Assembly: GCA_964016885.1 (NCBI GenBank)
Contig: OZ024744.1
Span: 25,048,001-25,112,000, forward strand
Reading direction: 5' to 3'
DNA length: 64,000 nucleotides
Origin: Eledone cirrhosa
Taxonomy: Eukaryota
The position numbers and the translations under genes are program-made. The notes below the pieces were generated by a model. That model was not told the DNA's origin. It saw only the letters and a list, made by a program, of their open reading frames with translations, and searched no databases. Shown piece by piece: positions 1 to 16,302 of this stretch (within the stretch, counting starts at the first letter, position 1; each line of letters begins with the position of its first letter).

Positions 1-459
1 TTAAACAACGTGTCCGAGGTGAGGGTTTGATTTGAGGGTGATTTGTCTGCTATTTCTAGTAACCTCGACCACCCAAAGGTTTTACGAAGGGAGGAGCAGG
101 GCACTTTTGTTAATATGCAAGTCCCTGTTCTACAAAATGTTGGTATGGTCATGGCAGGAACGACTTTGATGTGCGGTGAGCCGGCGCCAAACAACAACAA
201 AGAAGACAACAACAATAAGAAGAACGACAAACGACAACAAAAAGCCAACAAATCTGGTTTATTTATATTTTCTCGAGAAACACGGTTAACCTATAATTGA
301 AAGCACTATTAGCTTTTTAGTTTATTTTATTTATTTTTATTTTTTATGCTCTATTTCATTACGTGCTTTCGCCTAGCATCTTCAGGCGCCTATATCCATC
401 TGGGTATGTATGTATCCGTGTGCGTGTGTTTCAGTGTGTATGTGTGTTTACACATGCAT

Positions 460-517
<58 letters not shown>

Positions 518-549
518 ATATGTATATATATGTATGTATATATATATAT

Positions 550-617
<68 letters not shown>

Positions 618-840
618 ATATATATATGTATGTATATATATATATATATATGTGTATGCATATATGAATATATAGGAAAAAGTATGACCTCGACGGCAGA
701 GCTCAAGCCGTTTCGACGGCTATTTCTGGTCTAGTCCAGAAATAGCCGTCATACTTTTTCCTATTTCCCACTATACTACCCTAAGTATTGAGTACTCTGG
801 TGTGTTATGGTCCATCTGGTTCCTTACCACAATTCCTTTG

Positions 841-992
<152 letters not shown>

Positions 993-1019
993 CTGTGTGT
1001 GTGTGTGTGTACTGTATAC

Positions 1020-1052
<33 letters not shown>

Positions 1053-1227
1053 CACACACACATATATTTATTTATTTATATACACGCATATATATATATA
1101 CACACACATATATTTATTTATTTATATACATATATATATATGTGTGTATATATATACATACATTTCTATTGAATACATTTGTAAACCAAGCATTCCTTTA
1201 CATTCACACACATACATGTATAGATAC

Positions 1228-1807
<580 letters not shown>

Positions 1808-2740
1808 TATATATAACGAAGGATGTGTGGTAAGGAACCAGATGGACCATAACGCACCAGAGTACTCAATACTTAGGGTAGTATAGTGGGTAATAGGAAA
1901 ATGTTTAAACCCGACGGCAGAGCTCAAGCCGTTTTGACGGCTGTTTCTGGACTGTCCAGAAATAGCCTTAACGGGATCTTCTGAAACTAAAAAAGTCAGT
2001 CCGTGAACGCAGAAGTAAATATTTCAAAAAACGTTGCAACCGGAGGAAGACAGGAAGACGATAGTTTGGTTCGTGGAAACGTTCCCTGGCAAAGAACGGG
2101 AAAAAACGAAGATAATACGTCATAATTTGGTGCGGTGAAAACAATTACACGCGAAGACAGAACCACGTTTATGGTATAAATGAAGTCGTAGACTAATATT
2201 CTATTCGGAAACCGAATCATTCTCGGCTTCAGAGTTAAGAATAAAGTAAATAAAATACAGAGGTAATTGAAATTATATATATATTGATATACTTTGGGGG
2301 GGGGGGGGGTCATATTTGTGTAATAATATTGCCAGAATTAATAACAGAACACACTCGCTGTTTAATTGGTTTTCGCTTCTGTGTCTTTTATATCGGTTAA
2401 TTTAATTTATTCGGTCCTCAATGTTACCATTGACAAAAATAATACAGATACAATATAGACTCAAACACATATATATAGTCGATCAAAGTTCTTTTGTTGC
2501 ACATCTGCATATATATATATATGACAGTCGATTGACTTTCGTCAAATCGGACCGAGGAAACAATGTTTCCATTGGTCTTTCCAATTGCTAATACCATCTA
2601 TCGGTCGCAACTCCAGGTAGAAGGAGCAACATGAAATAAAGTGTCTTGCCCAAGGACATAAGACATCGCCCGGTCCAGGATTCAAACTCACAACCTCACG
2701 ATTGAGAACTCAATTCTCTTACCACTCAGCCACGCTCCTT

Positions 2741-2999
<259 letters not shown>

Positions 3000-3021
3000 A
3001 CCAATGAAATCCTTTATAGAC

Positions 3022-3057
<36 letters not shown>

Positions 3058-3535
3058 GTCTATAAAGGATTTCATTGGTCAACGATCTGATTGACCAAAG
3101 TAGACGCGAAACTAAACAACAAAAACAACAACAACAACAACGTCAACGACAATATTCTACTGATGTAATGTTCGATTACTGATTGGTTTGTTAGTTTTCA
3201 GTGCCCAAGTTAATTTCTTCCAAATCCCTGAGAGAAAACAACAGATATAGTCACTTTTGTGTCTCATTACCTTGAACTACAACATGGAGATTGTGGCTGA
3301 GACTGGACTCCACGTAATCTCTTATCTGCCTAGAAATGGCACCAGCCTAATCTCCTCCATTCATATTACTCCTTATACCGCCCTCTATAGTATACATTGA
3401 ATATATCACATCTAAAAAACAAGACAAAAAATATAAAATATTAAAAATAAAAAGAAACCAGGAGGTGTTCAAGGTCGTCAAACATTTGTTTACAGGTCTG
3501 ATCAGCCTGAGCTAACCTGGGGTTAAACAATAAAA

Positions 3536-3609
<74 letters not shown>

Positions 3610-3777
3610 AACATCAGCAACAACAACGTCGAAGGTTATAAGCTGTTCAAGACAAACCAGAAAAGATTATCATTGACAGATGTTATCACCAGCCATTGGC
3701 TTAAAGCGAATCCAAATGCTGAAAATTCAACGACAAGCACCTGCTAAAAATAATTACACTGTTGTTACTGCTGCTAC

Positions 3778-3823
<46 letters not shown>

Positions 3824-3965
3824 GGTGGTGGTGGTGGTGGTGGTGGTGGTTGTGGTGGTGGTGTTATCCATGACAACCCTGATCCACCAGATCTTTCATA
3901 AATGACATTCCAGATGTAACCATCCAAAATGTATCTTCTGGTAGATTATCTGGTACTATCTAATG

Positions 3966-4659
3966 CAGGTATGTCAAACATGTGGCCCACGGGTCGCACG
4001 CAGCCCTTTACAAGCACACCTGCGGCCCGCACAAAGGTTTTTACAGCACGAGCGTAATATATAAAAAAAAATATTAGTTGTCATGTGTGACCTTCAGACA
4101 ACACATATGTGAACCATGTGGCCCTCAGACAACACATATATGACCCATGTGGCTCTCAGACAACATATATGTGATCCATGTGGCCCTCAGACAACACATA
4201 TGTGGCCCTTGGACAACACATCTGTGACCCATGTGGCCCTCAGACAACACATATGTGGCCCTTGGACAACACATATGTGACCCATGTGGCCCTCAGACAA
4301 CAGATATGTGACACATGTGGCCCTCAGACAGCACATATGTGACTCATGTGGCCCTCAGACAAAACATGTGACCCATATGACCCTCAGACAACACATATGT
4401 GACACATGTGACCCTCAGACAACACATATGTGACCCATGTGGCCCTCAGACAACATATCTGTGACACATGTGGCCCTCAGACAACACATATGTGACCCAT
4501 GTGGACCTCAGACAACACATATGTGACACATGTGGACCTCAGACAACACATATGTGACACATGTGGCCCTCAGACAACACATATGTGACCCATGTGGCCT
4601 TCAGACAGCACATTTGTAACACATGTGGTCCTCGGGTGACCCTCAGTTTGACATGACTG
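3966..4659. mobile_element. hAT (Charlie-like) MITE with internal minisatellite
   Basis: Imperfect TIRs CAGGTATGTCAAAC / GTTTGACATGACTG, 8-bp TSD ATCTAATG (3958-3965) / ATCTAAAG (4660-4667), and subterminal TG(C/T)GGCCC motifs. Confidence 0.8.
4082..4630. repeat. ~31-bp tandem repeat (CATGTGGCCCTCAGACAACACATATGTGACC), about 18 units
   Basis: Directly visible head-to-tail units with point variants and two shortened units. Confidence 0.95.
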
Positions 4660-5166
4660 ATCTAAAGTATATTACGATATGTGATTTAAGGAAGATTTCA
4701 CTGCCATCTCTAGCAAATCCAGACTACAGGATTCATGCTGTTCCTGGCGTTGTTGCTGTTATTGTTTCGACCCAAGTGATCCCGAATCAATATCAATACA
4801 TTAATCAATGACATTCCAGTCATGATCAACCCATTTTTTATTTATTCAAGTACTACATCCTTCCTTTTATCGTAAGATAAAGTGTGATATGAATGGAATT
4901 TTAACTGCTATATCTGCCTGTTCGAACGACCACATTACGTCTCCTTCATCGACTCCATAACCATATAATATATGTGTGTATGTCTTCTTCCCACTGTGTG
5001 TGAGTGTGTGTATTTGTTAGATATACAATGCAAGTGTCTGTTAATTTATGATATATCGTTATGGTTGTATCAGCGTCTATACGACAACGGTTCCAGTTTA
5101 ATACCGTTTTCTCAATGCTTGTCCGTCCGTTCTTCCGTACAATGCGGTCAAGGAACAGTTGAACCG

Positions 5167-5224
<58 letters not shown>

Positions 5225-5236
5225 GAGAGGTATAGA

Positions 5237-5339
<103 letters not shown>

Positions 5340-5740
5340 TATGTATGTATGTATATATATATGTATATATATATATATATATATAAAGAGAGGGAGTAGG
5401 TGTCTGTTCATATTGGAATTAGTTATATTAAATTAGGAGGAAGACTGCTGCCATTATCAATCCAGCTGAGAATACAGTATGGTGCAGCTGAGGTGTGAAT
5501 ATCAACTAATAAAACGTAAAATGTTGTTTGACCGAGAAGATTGACGGAATAAAAACTCCTATACAAAACTAGACGTTAGAAGCAATAATACGGTTCGTTA
5601 CTCACATATTCACTTAATCTATCTCTCTTTCTCTCTCTAGCTGTCTTTATCTTTAGCTCTCTTTTTTTACTATCTGCCTTTCTCTATATTTATCACTCTC
5701 TTTTTCTCTAACACCTTCTCTTTGTTTCTTTGTTTCTTTG

Positions 5741-5826
<86 letters not shown>

Positions 5827-5842
5827 TCGTTCTTTCTTTCGT

Positions 5843-5873
<31 letters not shown>

Positions 5874-5874
5874 C

Positions 5875-5926
<52 letters not shown>

Positions 5927-6017
5927 TCGTTCTTTCTTTCTTTCGTTTTCTTTCACCCCTTTTTCTCCGTATCTATCTATCTATCTATCTCTATATGTTT
6001 ATGTGTATATATATACA

Positions 6018-6129
<112 letters not shown>

Positions 6130-6629
6130 CGCACGAGTGGTTGTAGAATACCAATTCGAAAGGTGTTTAGAAGTGTTCACCGTGTCAACAAGGTCATCGT
6201 TTAGTAAACAGGCAACGGATGTTTAAAGTATTGCTGTTGGTGTTGGCGCAATAGCGGAGCCGAGCAGAACGGCGCGATGAAAAATGAAAGAAAATATAAA
6301 GAAAGAGGTGGGGGGGGGGGGGGTTTAAGAAGGAAGAGAGAAAGAAAGTATGAAGAAAGGAAATAAGAAAGGAGGAGAGAAAGAGAAGAATGCAGCGACA
6401 GACTTACTTAGGACATACAAAAGAAATGGCGGTCGTAATTCATCGATTATCAAACAATAGATATGATATGATGACTGCTGGAGGTGGAGAGGAGGTGCTG
6501 GAGGAGGAGGTGATGTATTCTTTGATGTCTTCTACTCTGGATCACACAAACATTATCACTGCAAGAGATTAAGCTGGTAAACGAACAGATAAATTAGAGG
6601 GGTCAGTCTTACTCTTTGATGTGTATGTA

Positions 6630-6679
<50 letters not shown>

Positions 6680-6680
6680 C

Positions 6681-6767
<87 letters not shown>

Positions 6768-6818
6768 TGTGTGTGTATATATATGTATATGTGTGTGTGT
6801 ATATATATATATATGTGC

Positions 6819-6930
<112 letters not shown>

Positions 6931-6947
6931 GTATATATATATATGTA

Positions 6948-6979
<32 letters not shown>

Positions 6980-7285
6980 CACATATGTGTGTGTGTGTGT
7001 GTGCGTGCGTGTGTCTCTATGTATATATATGTATATATATAATGTGTATGTGTGTGTATAAATTCATGCATATTAGTGTGGGTGTATATATATACCTGTG
7101 CGTGTGTGTATAAATGTATGTATGTTAGGTATATATGTATATGTGCAGTTTGTTTATATAACGTCGATGTGGTTGATGGTCGGAGTATAAGTCTGTTACT
7201 GATTAGGGATCTTCTTTGGTACAGTGGTTGTTGTTGTTGTTATGTTATTAATAATGGTGTGACGATGACTGCAATGAGCACATAT

Positions 7286-7386
<101 letters not shown>

Positions 7387-7585
7387 CATACATATACATA
7401 TATATCTGTGTGTGTGTGTACATTATTAAAACCGCACCAAGAATGCATTTGTATGCTGAAGCCTCCAGAATGATCCCTAAACATGACTTTATGGAGATAT
7501 AAATTAATATAAGGTTGCGTTGGCTATCTAAATTATATACAACTTGAGGCATATATTAGAATATATATAGGAAATCCTCAGGGAT

Positions 7586-7630
7586 TTCCTGATGATTTCC
7601 TCCGAATGAAACAGTTCTAGTCCTGTAAAT
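7586..7630 (+). ncRNA. Hammerhead-like motif of a dispersed repeat family (other copies ~19701-19745, ~22287-22331, interrupted 26641-26727, partial 43271-43306)
   Basis: Family consensus UUC-CUGAUGA-(U)UUC UUAC GAA(U/C)-GAAA-CAG 8-nt CUG-UA-GAA. Each individual copy carries some disabling change. Confidence 0.6.
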
Positions 7631-7973
7631 GCCATTTCTATATTATATATATATCTTTTGAGGGCGACTGGCCGAGGTGAAGGCAGCTAGTTGGTCAGTC
7701 GTCCTCTGTGTCTCTGATTTTTCGGACCCATGGTTTTTACATATTCCTTTGTTATATTTCCAATACCTGACGATTCACCGGATTCATATGGAACCCGGTC
7801 ATTGAAATGATCATAGTATAATAAAACTTTTAAGGATTTACACCAGTCCAACCTCCTGTTATTTTTATATATATATATATATAACGAAGGAGTTGTGGTA
7901 AAGAACCGGATGGACCATAACGCACCAGAGTACTCAATACTTAGGGTAGTAGAGTGGGTAATAGGTCCTACTT

Positions 7974-8022
<49 letters not shown>

Positions 8023-8115
8023 GGTATATATAGGTATTTATGTAAGAAACAATTGTTAGTACTGTAAATAAACCCCTTTTGTACACCCGAACATGTTATT
8101 CTTCACTCTTTCACT

Positions 8116-8211
<96 letters not shown>

Positions 8212-8385
8212 CATATATATATATATATGTATGTAATAATACATACATATATATGCTCTAACTGTTTCCCTGTAGTCAAACATACAGCGAAATCTACTAA
8301 TTTAACGCCATTTTCAAATTTCAATCACCGCCTTCTAAACACACGTGGTCGATTGTCCCTTCAATCTTTCTAATTTTTCATTCTT

Positions 8386-8421
8386 TCTTCTGGTGGAGGA
8401 CTAGCGTCCGAAACGTTAAGA
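8386..8421 (+). ncRNA. Mutated minimal hammerhead motif at the 5' end of the Penelope-like element
   Basis: UCUU-CUGGUGG-A-GGAC UAGC GUCC-GAAA-CG-UU-AAGA. The sister copy at 39565-39600 (-) keeps CUGAUGA. Confidence 0.65.
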
Positions 8422-8713
8422 CCCTCTTCCTGCTATACCAAGCGTTAACCTAATATATTCCTTCCATATAGTGTACCGTTATGTTATTTCTGTTTACCTT
8501 TTACATATTTACATATTGCCTGCGTTTTTACGATTATGATTTTTTATCTATGATTTTCCTGTGCATACTCTCCTCTCCTGACGTTATTTCCGTTTGATTT
8601 TCCCTTCCCCGTCTCTGCCTATCATTCGCACTCACCCCTTCGTTCCACCCCACCACCCGCGCTTCACACACCTTCCTTCTCATTCCTCCCCCTGCTTTCA
8701 CTCCACGCCCACC

Positions 8714-11200
8714 ATGCCCAGCCTGAGATCCTTTCTCCACCAACTCCACACTAGCCTCAAACTTTTCCTCACCCCCCTCCCCCCAACCTGGTATCTCCCC
8801 TCGGCCCTTCAACTCTCCTACCTTCTCTTCGCCAAAACCCGGCACTCCAGCCACATCCATTTCCTCAGCCGCTGCCTCCACCTCCACTTTATCCTCCTCG
8901 GGTTCCGTCTACACTCCCCCCGCTTCCCCCTCCACCCAACGTATGCTCACCCGATCCTCGCGGCTCCTAATGCGCAACTCCATCCGCGCCTCCTGCTCCA
9001 CCATCCGCAAACTTGACTACCAACTGACCCCCACCCTCTCCGCCTTAACTCCGCCTGCCACCCCCTCCTCGCCCACGCCATCCTCATCTTCATCCAAAAC
9101 CTCAACCACGACCTCTTCTCCTTCCTCACCCCACACTCCGCACAGCGACGAGTTCCGCACCCGAACGGAAGTCGAGCGATTCGTGCGACGCACGAAGCTA
9201 CAGGCACATTTCGGTCAAACGCCACCGGCTCCGGACGCCCCAGACCCGTTTCTCGCCCTGGGCCGACGACCATCTTCTAGGACCCTGGCCCCAGGGCAAT
9301 TTAGCACCCTGGACGCGTTCGTCGATGCCAGCCGTAGCGCCGTAAATCGCTTCGACTTCCGCCACCGTTCCAAACGGAATAACATCTCACGGGGCGAACT
9401 TCTCGCTCTCCGCTCCCTCCGTAGCCGAGATGACATCGTCATCAAACCGGCAGACAGGGGAGGCGCCGTGGTGGTGTGGCACGCTGACCGCTACACGGCC
9501 GAAGCCCTCAGGCAGCTCCGTAACCCTCTCTTCTACCGCCCTCTACCCTCCGATCCCACACCCCTCTACCAACAACAAGTTTCCTCCACCATCCAACACC
9601 TTGTCTCCACATCCCTCCCCCCACCGCTTCCCACCTCATCGTCCGCAGCCCCCGCACCCCCACCATCTACTTCCTCCCCAAACTCCACAAACCCGACAAC
9701 CCCGGCAACCCCATCGTCTCCGCTTGCAACTGCCCCACCGAACTCAGCTCCGCCTTTCTCGACTCCATCCTCGCCCCCATTGTCACCACCCTCCCCTCCC
9801 ACATCTCCGACACCAACCACGCCCTGCGCCTTTTCGACTCCTTCATCTACCCACCCAGCCCACAGCCCTTCCTCTTCACCCTAGATATCAAGTCCCTCTA
9901 TACCGTCATCCCCCACGCCGATGGCCTACTTGTCCCCAAGCACTACCTCGACCTTCGCCCCTCCCGCATCCCCTCCACTCCCACCCTCCTTCGCCTCGCC
10001 GAGCTGGTCCTCACCCTGAACTGTTTCTCCTTCTCGGGTGAGTTTTACCAACAGGTCACGGGGTAGCCATGGGTACAAGAATGGGCCCAAACTATGCCAA
10101 CCTTTTTGTTGGCCATGTTGAGGTCTTTGCCCAGTACACCGGCCCCCACGCCCGAACTGTACGGTCGTTACATCGACGACTGTATCGGAGCCACGACCCT
10201 CACCCGAGTACAGCTCGACTCCTTTCTCTCCTTCTTCTGCTCCTTCCACCCCTCCCTCCACTTCACCACCTCTATCTCCACCACCCACGTCCACTTCTTA
10301 GACATCTACGTCGCCTTGGAGCCCTCCCACCACTCCCTCGTCACCTCCGCCTTCTTCAAACCTACCGACTCCCACTCCTACCTCGACTTCACCTCTTCCC
10401 ACCATACACACACTAAACACTCTATTCCCTACTCCCAACTCCTCAGGATCCGCCGCCTCTGTAGCCGAGATGCTGACTTTGGGTCCCAGGCCCTTTCCCT
10501 AGTCAGCCATTTCATCCGCAGAGGTTCCCCCCTCTCTCGTCCACACCGCTCCACCACCCTCACCCCACGCCACCGCACACCCACCCACCATCTCCCCTTC
10601 CTCATCACCTACCACCCCTCCACCATACCCCTTCACTGCACCATCCTCCGCCTCTTCCGACTGCTCCAGTCCGACCCCTCCACCTCCCACATCTTCCCAG
10701 CCCCACCACTCCCCTCCTTCAAACGCGCACGCAATCTCCGCACCCTCCTCGTCCACAGCTCCCTACCTCCCCCCACACTCACCCCGTTCCCTTCCCTGCT
10801 CCAGGCCCCGTTGCAACACCTGTCCCCACATCACCAATACCACCACCTTCCAGGGGTCTCAACGGCCACTCTCTCTCTGTCCGGCATGCCTTCCGCTGCA
10901 CCTCCTCCAACCTAGTCTACGGACTTCGCTGCACGGAGTGCAGCGCAACCTACGTCGGACAGACTGGACGTTCGCCTGGCGGACCGGTTTACCGAACACC
11001 TCCGAGATATTCGTCTCGGTGGTAGTTCCCCCATCGCCCGCCACTTTGGTGCCCCTGGACATTCCACGCACCACCCTCACAGTCTGTGGCCTACTCCACG
11101 GAACACACGCGACTCTCCTCAGAGTTGACAAAGAACCACACTCCCCCTCGGCCTGAACTCCCCACCCTTTTTCCTTTAGCCTTCGACCGCCCCCTCCCCC
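8714..11200 (+). pseudogene. Disrupted RT + GIY-YIG endonuclease ORF of the Penelope-like element
   Basis: Motifs are spread over ORFs 8594, 8943, 10069, 10094 and intervening frames. Multiple 1-nt frameshifts, e.g. GVAMG broken at ~10062. Confidence 0.88.
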
Positions 11201-12634
11201 CACACATATCCCCCACTAACACCACTAACACACCCCTCCTTTTCACTGCCCACCCACAACTAACAATACTAACACCTCCACCCACACCCGACCACCCTTC
11301 CCCAACTAACATACTAACGTCCCTCCCTTCTTCTCCCTCTCCCCTTATCACACGCACACACCCACCGGTACATATATACACGCGCTCACACTAAACACAC
11401 ACCCTACTACCACCACTAACCCTCACCCCCACACATCCACCCCACCACCCCGCAACTAACATCACTAACACCCCCCCGACCCCACGCACACGAACACACA
11501 CACCCATTACACCACCCACTCTACACGCAACTAACATCACTAACACCCCTAACCCTACGCACACGAACACACACACCCACTTACACCACCAACTCTACAC
11601 ACCCTACCACCACTGACCCCCACTCACACCCGCATTCAACCCTCTCTCCACCACCAGTATACTAACACCCACACACATACACTCATCGAAACACGCACAC
11701 ACACACCAGTACGCCACACTCCCTCCACCGGCCGCCACACTCTTCTCTCCCCGCTCCACCCACACCCTTTCTCACACACACACACATGCCACTAACACCT
11801 CTACTAATACACCCCCCTCCACACTCCAACTTTCACACCTACCCATCCCCTCCCCTGTCCACAGCACCTCCGCACACACTGACACACCGACTTTCTTCAC
11901 TTACCATTCTCCCCGACTGCTGCTATGCCCTTATCTCTGACCACCTCCCCGCACACCCAGACACACAACCCTCCTCCTGCCTTGACCCTCTGACCACTTC
12001 CTGTTGCGCGCAAACTCCACATCTCCCCTCTTCCGACCAACCCAACCACGGATTACACATATTGGACATCGATCCCTAGAATCAACCACATCCCAAGGAT
12101 ATTACCCAGCATTCCACCACATCCGCTACGGAACTACCTTAGGGACTCACCCACTGACATACACTCAAAACATTGTTTTCCCACACGCCACCTACATCCA
12201 CAACACGCATAAACACCACACACACGGGCATCCCATATTTACACACTCAGCCTCCGGAATCCTCTCCCCCCACCCCTCTGACCCCTCCCCATCCACACAC
12301 GCACGCACACACCGACCTACACCCCACCCCAGACACACCTCTTCCTGAACATGCAACCCCGTTCTTCCCCCAACTCTTACTTTCACATACACACACACAC
12401 CAACTTCAGCCCTCCCCGTTCGGACACCCCGCCTCCCTCTCCCCAATCCACCCGCCACCACCCCTACACGCCCCACACCCTTCCACCCACCTGTTTTACT
12501 TCATGTTTATTTTTATTTTTATTATGCTTTTATATTTAATTTCATTTGTATCGTTTCCTCTCACCCCCTTTTTTCTATATGTCTCTCCACCACTCCCCTA
12601 CACATCCTTGGAACTCTCTTCCCACACACTTTTC

Positions 12635-12666
12635 ACCTGAAGAAGGGCCTATGCCCGAAACGTCGT
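12635..12666 (+). ncRNA. Minimal hammerhead motif at the 3' end of the Penelope-like element
   Basis: AC-CUGAAGA-A-GGGC CUAU GCCC-GAAA-CG-UC-GU, the typical layout of PLE terminal-repeat minimal HHRs. Confidence 0.7.
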
Positions 12667-13340
12667 TCCCCACCACCACCCCACTCTCAAGAGCGTGAAA
12701 CTAATAAATCTTTGTTCGTACTGCCTCTCTGTTTTGTTCCCGTTCAATTTTTTTACTATATATATATAAATATATATATATATATAATAACTAGACATTG
12801 ATTAACATATATATAAATAAATATAAACATGAATAATCACAGGAGATAATTTTTATAAGCGTGTAACCACGCATAGCTAGGTAGGTAACAAATAAATAAA
12901 GTTAACTAGAACTTCAAAAATAGATACCTTTTAATGATTAATCTTCCCTGTATATATTCCATTAAAGAAATATATTTCACCAATTAATCAGATGGTAAGT
13001 CACAGAAAGTGGATATTATTGGATTATCAACAAGGAAGAACAATATTCCAGCAATCCATGCTTACACGGCGAGTTCATACCTTCAACTGGCCGCTACCAC
13101 GTGTTGTTTTTACACATCACAGCGGCTTCGTCTCAGTGGCGTGAATAGGTATTCGACAACTAGAAACACCAGTCAATTCCTTTCAACAGAGTTAGCTCTA
13201 CAATTAAGGAACCGTATTTATATATATATATCCAAAATAAGATTAATTAAATGAATTTAATCCAAATCGAAATTGTGGGTGTCATGCCATAACGGCGTGC
13301 GCCATATCGCAAACATCACGGGCGCTCTATCTCAAAATTA

Positions 13341-13376
13341 TTTTTGAAAAGCATTAGAAATGCGCAACCGGTAAAA
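13341..13376 (+). ncRNA. Degenerate U3-A8 minimal hammerhead motif
   Basis: UUU-UUGAAAA-GCAU UAGAA AUGC-GCAA-CCGG-UA-AAA. Stems are intact; GAAA is mutated to GCAA. Confidence 0.55.
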
Positions 13377-13525
13377 ACTTAAAACTAAAACTGAATACTA
13401 ACCAATACTTATTACTAATTTATACTTATTCCTAATTAAACTATTTTTCACTGGGAACAATTTGTCAGCATTCACTCTTCCTTTTACCAATATATCACAA
13501 CTCGTGTGTTACACCTCTATTGTTT

Positions 13526-13636
<111 letters not shown>

Positions 13637-13645
13637 GTATATATG

Positions 13646-13699
<54 letters not shown>

Positions 13700-13751
13700 C
13701 AAATAATTACGTATTATCTTCGTTTTTTTCTGTTCTTTGCCACGGAACGTT

Positions 13752-13858
<107 letters not shown>

Positions 13859-13878
13859 ATATATATGCATATATGAAC

Positions 13879-13911
<33 letters not shown>

Positions 13912-14021
13912 ATTAAGGTAATCTGGGTTTTTCGAATATTAATAATAATATTCGATTCGTTTGCAATTATGCAAACAAGCCTTTATTTTGTTCATATATA
14001 TATATATATATCTATATATCT

Positions 14022-14052
<31 letters not shown>

Positions 14053-14366
14053 TGTGGGGGGGGGGGGTGCATATATACAGAGAGAGAAGTAGAGGAAGCA
14101 GAGAGTTTGAGGGAGAGAGATATGTGTGTCTGGTCAAAGTTGAGTGCGAGGAAAGAAGAAGTGATATGGTCCCGTTACTAAGGAAACAAAACAAAGACAC
14201 TCGACATTGCGTAATGACACCTGTTAAGGTCAAATGAAAACAGGTAACGTTTGTGGATTGAGGAGATATGAGAGATCTGGCGCTGCATGTACAGATATAG
14301 ACCAACATACGCATGCGCACAGACGCATATATGTACATATATATGTGTGTATATATATTTATATAT

Positions 14367-14450
<84 letters not shown>

Positions 14451-14552
14451 TTGTATGTATATATATATATATATACATACATATACATATATATGTATAT
14501 ATATACATATATATATATGCGCATGCATATATATGTATATGTATATATATAT

Positions 14553-14655
<103 letters not shown>

Positions 14656-14722
14656 TATATACAAATATACATATATGTATTTATTTATATATATTCATAG
14701 AAAAAAACGCATTACCCACACA

Positions 14723-14759
<37 letters not shown>

Positions 14760-15066
14760 CGTGTGTGTGTATATATATATGTGTATATATATGTATATAC
14801 ATATATGAATATAAACATGCATACAAACTTCTGCATATATTTAATTTTACTTCAAATATTACTAACAAATTTATATATATATACATATGTATATATATAT
14901 ACATATGTATATATATTTATATACATATGTATATATATATATATATATACACATATGTATATATATATTATTATAAATATGTGTATGTCTATGTCAGTCG
15001 GTTTTTCTATCTATATATATATAGATACATCTACATATCCATCTATTTATCTATCAGTCTATCTGA

Positions 15067-15144
<78 letters not shown>

Positions 15145-15395
15145 AGTTTATCTCTCTATATATAGCACTATAATTATATCAGTGTGTTTGTGTAAGGGTG
15201 TGTGTGTGAACGGGGGCGCACTACTGATATATAAATATATGTTTTTGACGAACAGAATATGATTGTGGGGTGCCGTGTTTGTGTTGTTGTTGTTGTTGGT
15301 GGTGGTGGTGTCAGTTATAGAGAAGTTAGGTCACTAGGTGAGAAGAAAGAAAACAAACAAACAAAAAAAATCAGTTAGTTGTCATTATACACACA

Positions 15396-15475
<80 letters not shown>

Positions 15476-15569
15476 GGGGGGGGGGTGCATGTGTGTATAA
15501 TACAAGTGTCGTAAGGCTAAAGTGTTTGGAAAAAGACAAAAAGTCAGTTACTTAATTGTCATTACACAG

Positions 15570-15609
<40 letters not shown>

Positions 15610-15925
15610 GTATACACACACAAAGACACACGCACTTACACACACACACACATACATATATGTGTATATATGTGTGTGTAGACAACCAACTGCCATATTA
15701 GCTAGCTAACAGTTAGATAGGACATGGCTTAAGTTAGACAGAGCCAGACAAAACGCAGCATTATATAAATTTACATAGGTGAAATAACTGTTAGTAAAAG
15801 AGGTTGTTTGATTGGCTGTGACAGAGCCCTGGTTGACACTACCTCACACTAAGTAAAGACTAACATCATTGCTAGCATAGGTATACCTTATTAGATTAGT
15901 AGATTTTATTGCCAACATGATCGAA

Positions 15926-15998
<73 letters not shown>

Positions 15999-16205
15999 TC
16001 TACACACACACATACACATATATATGCATATATATCTATCTACCAATCTATCCCTCTCTCCCCCCTCTCTCTCTATCTCTTTCTCTGTCCCTCTCTACAT
16101 GTCTCCCCCCTCTCTCCTCATGTCTCTCTCTCTATATATATATTGGTATATATATATCTGACTATATTTCTACCTATCTGTATGTATGTTTATGTGTTTA
16201 TCTAT

Positions 16206-16302
<97 letters not shown>

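Larger units (their letters stand above)
8340..12760 (+). mobile_element. Penelope-like retroelement (Neptune-type), frameshifted
   Basis: Across frames from ATG 8714: HIHFLSRC N-terminal motif, IVIKPADRGGAVV, IYFLPKLHKP, LFTLDIKSLYTVIP, MGTRMGPNYANLF, YGRYIDD, FLDI, KPTDSHSYL, the Cys linker CSRPRCNTC, GIY-YIG region NLVYGLRCTECSATYVGQT, and terminal PLGLN (~11150). HHR motifs at both ends; 3' end runs into (TA)n. Confidence 0.92.

Noticed and set aside
4082-4630. Regular ~31-bp repeats resembling a CRISPR array
   Set aside because: No unique spacers and no cas genes; eukaryotic context; the array lies inside a TIR/TSD-bounded element.
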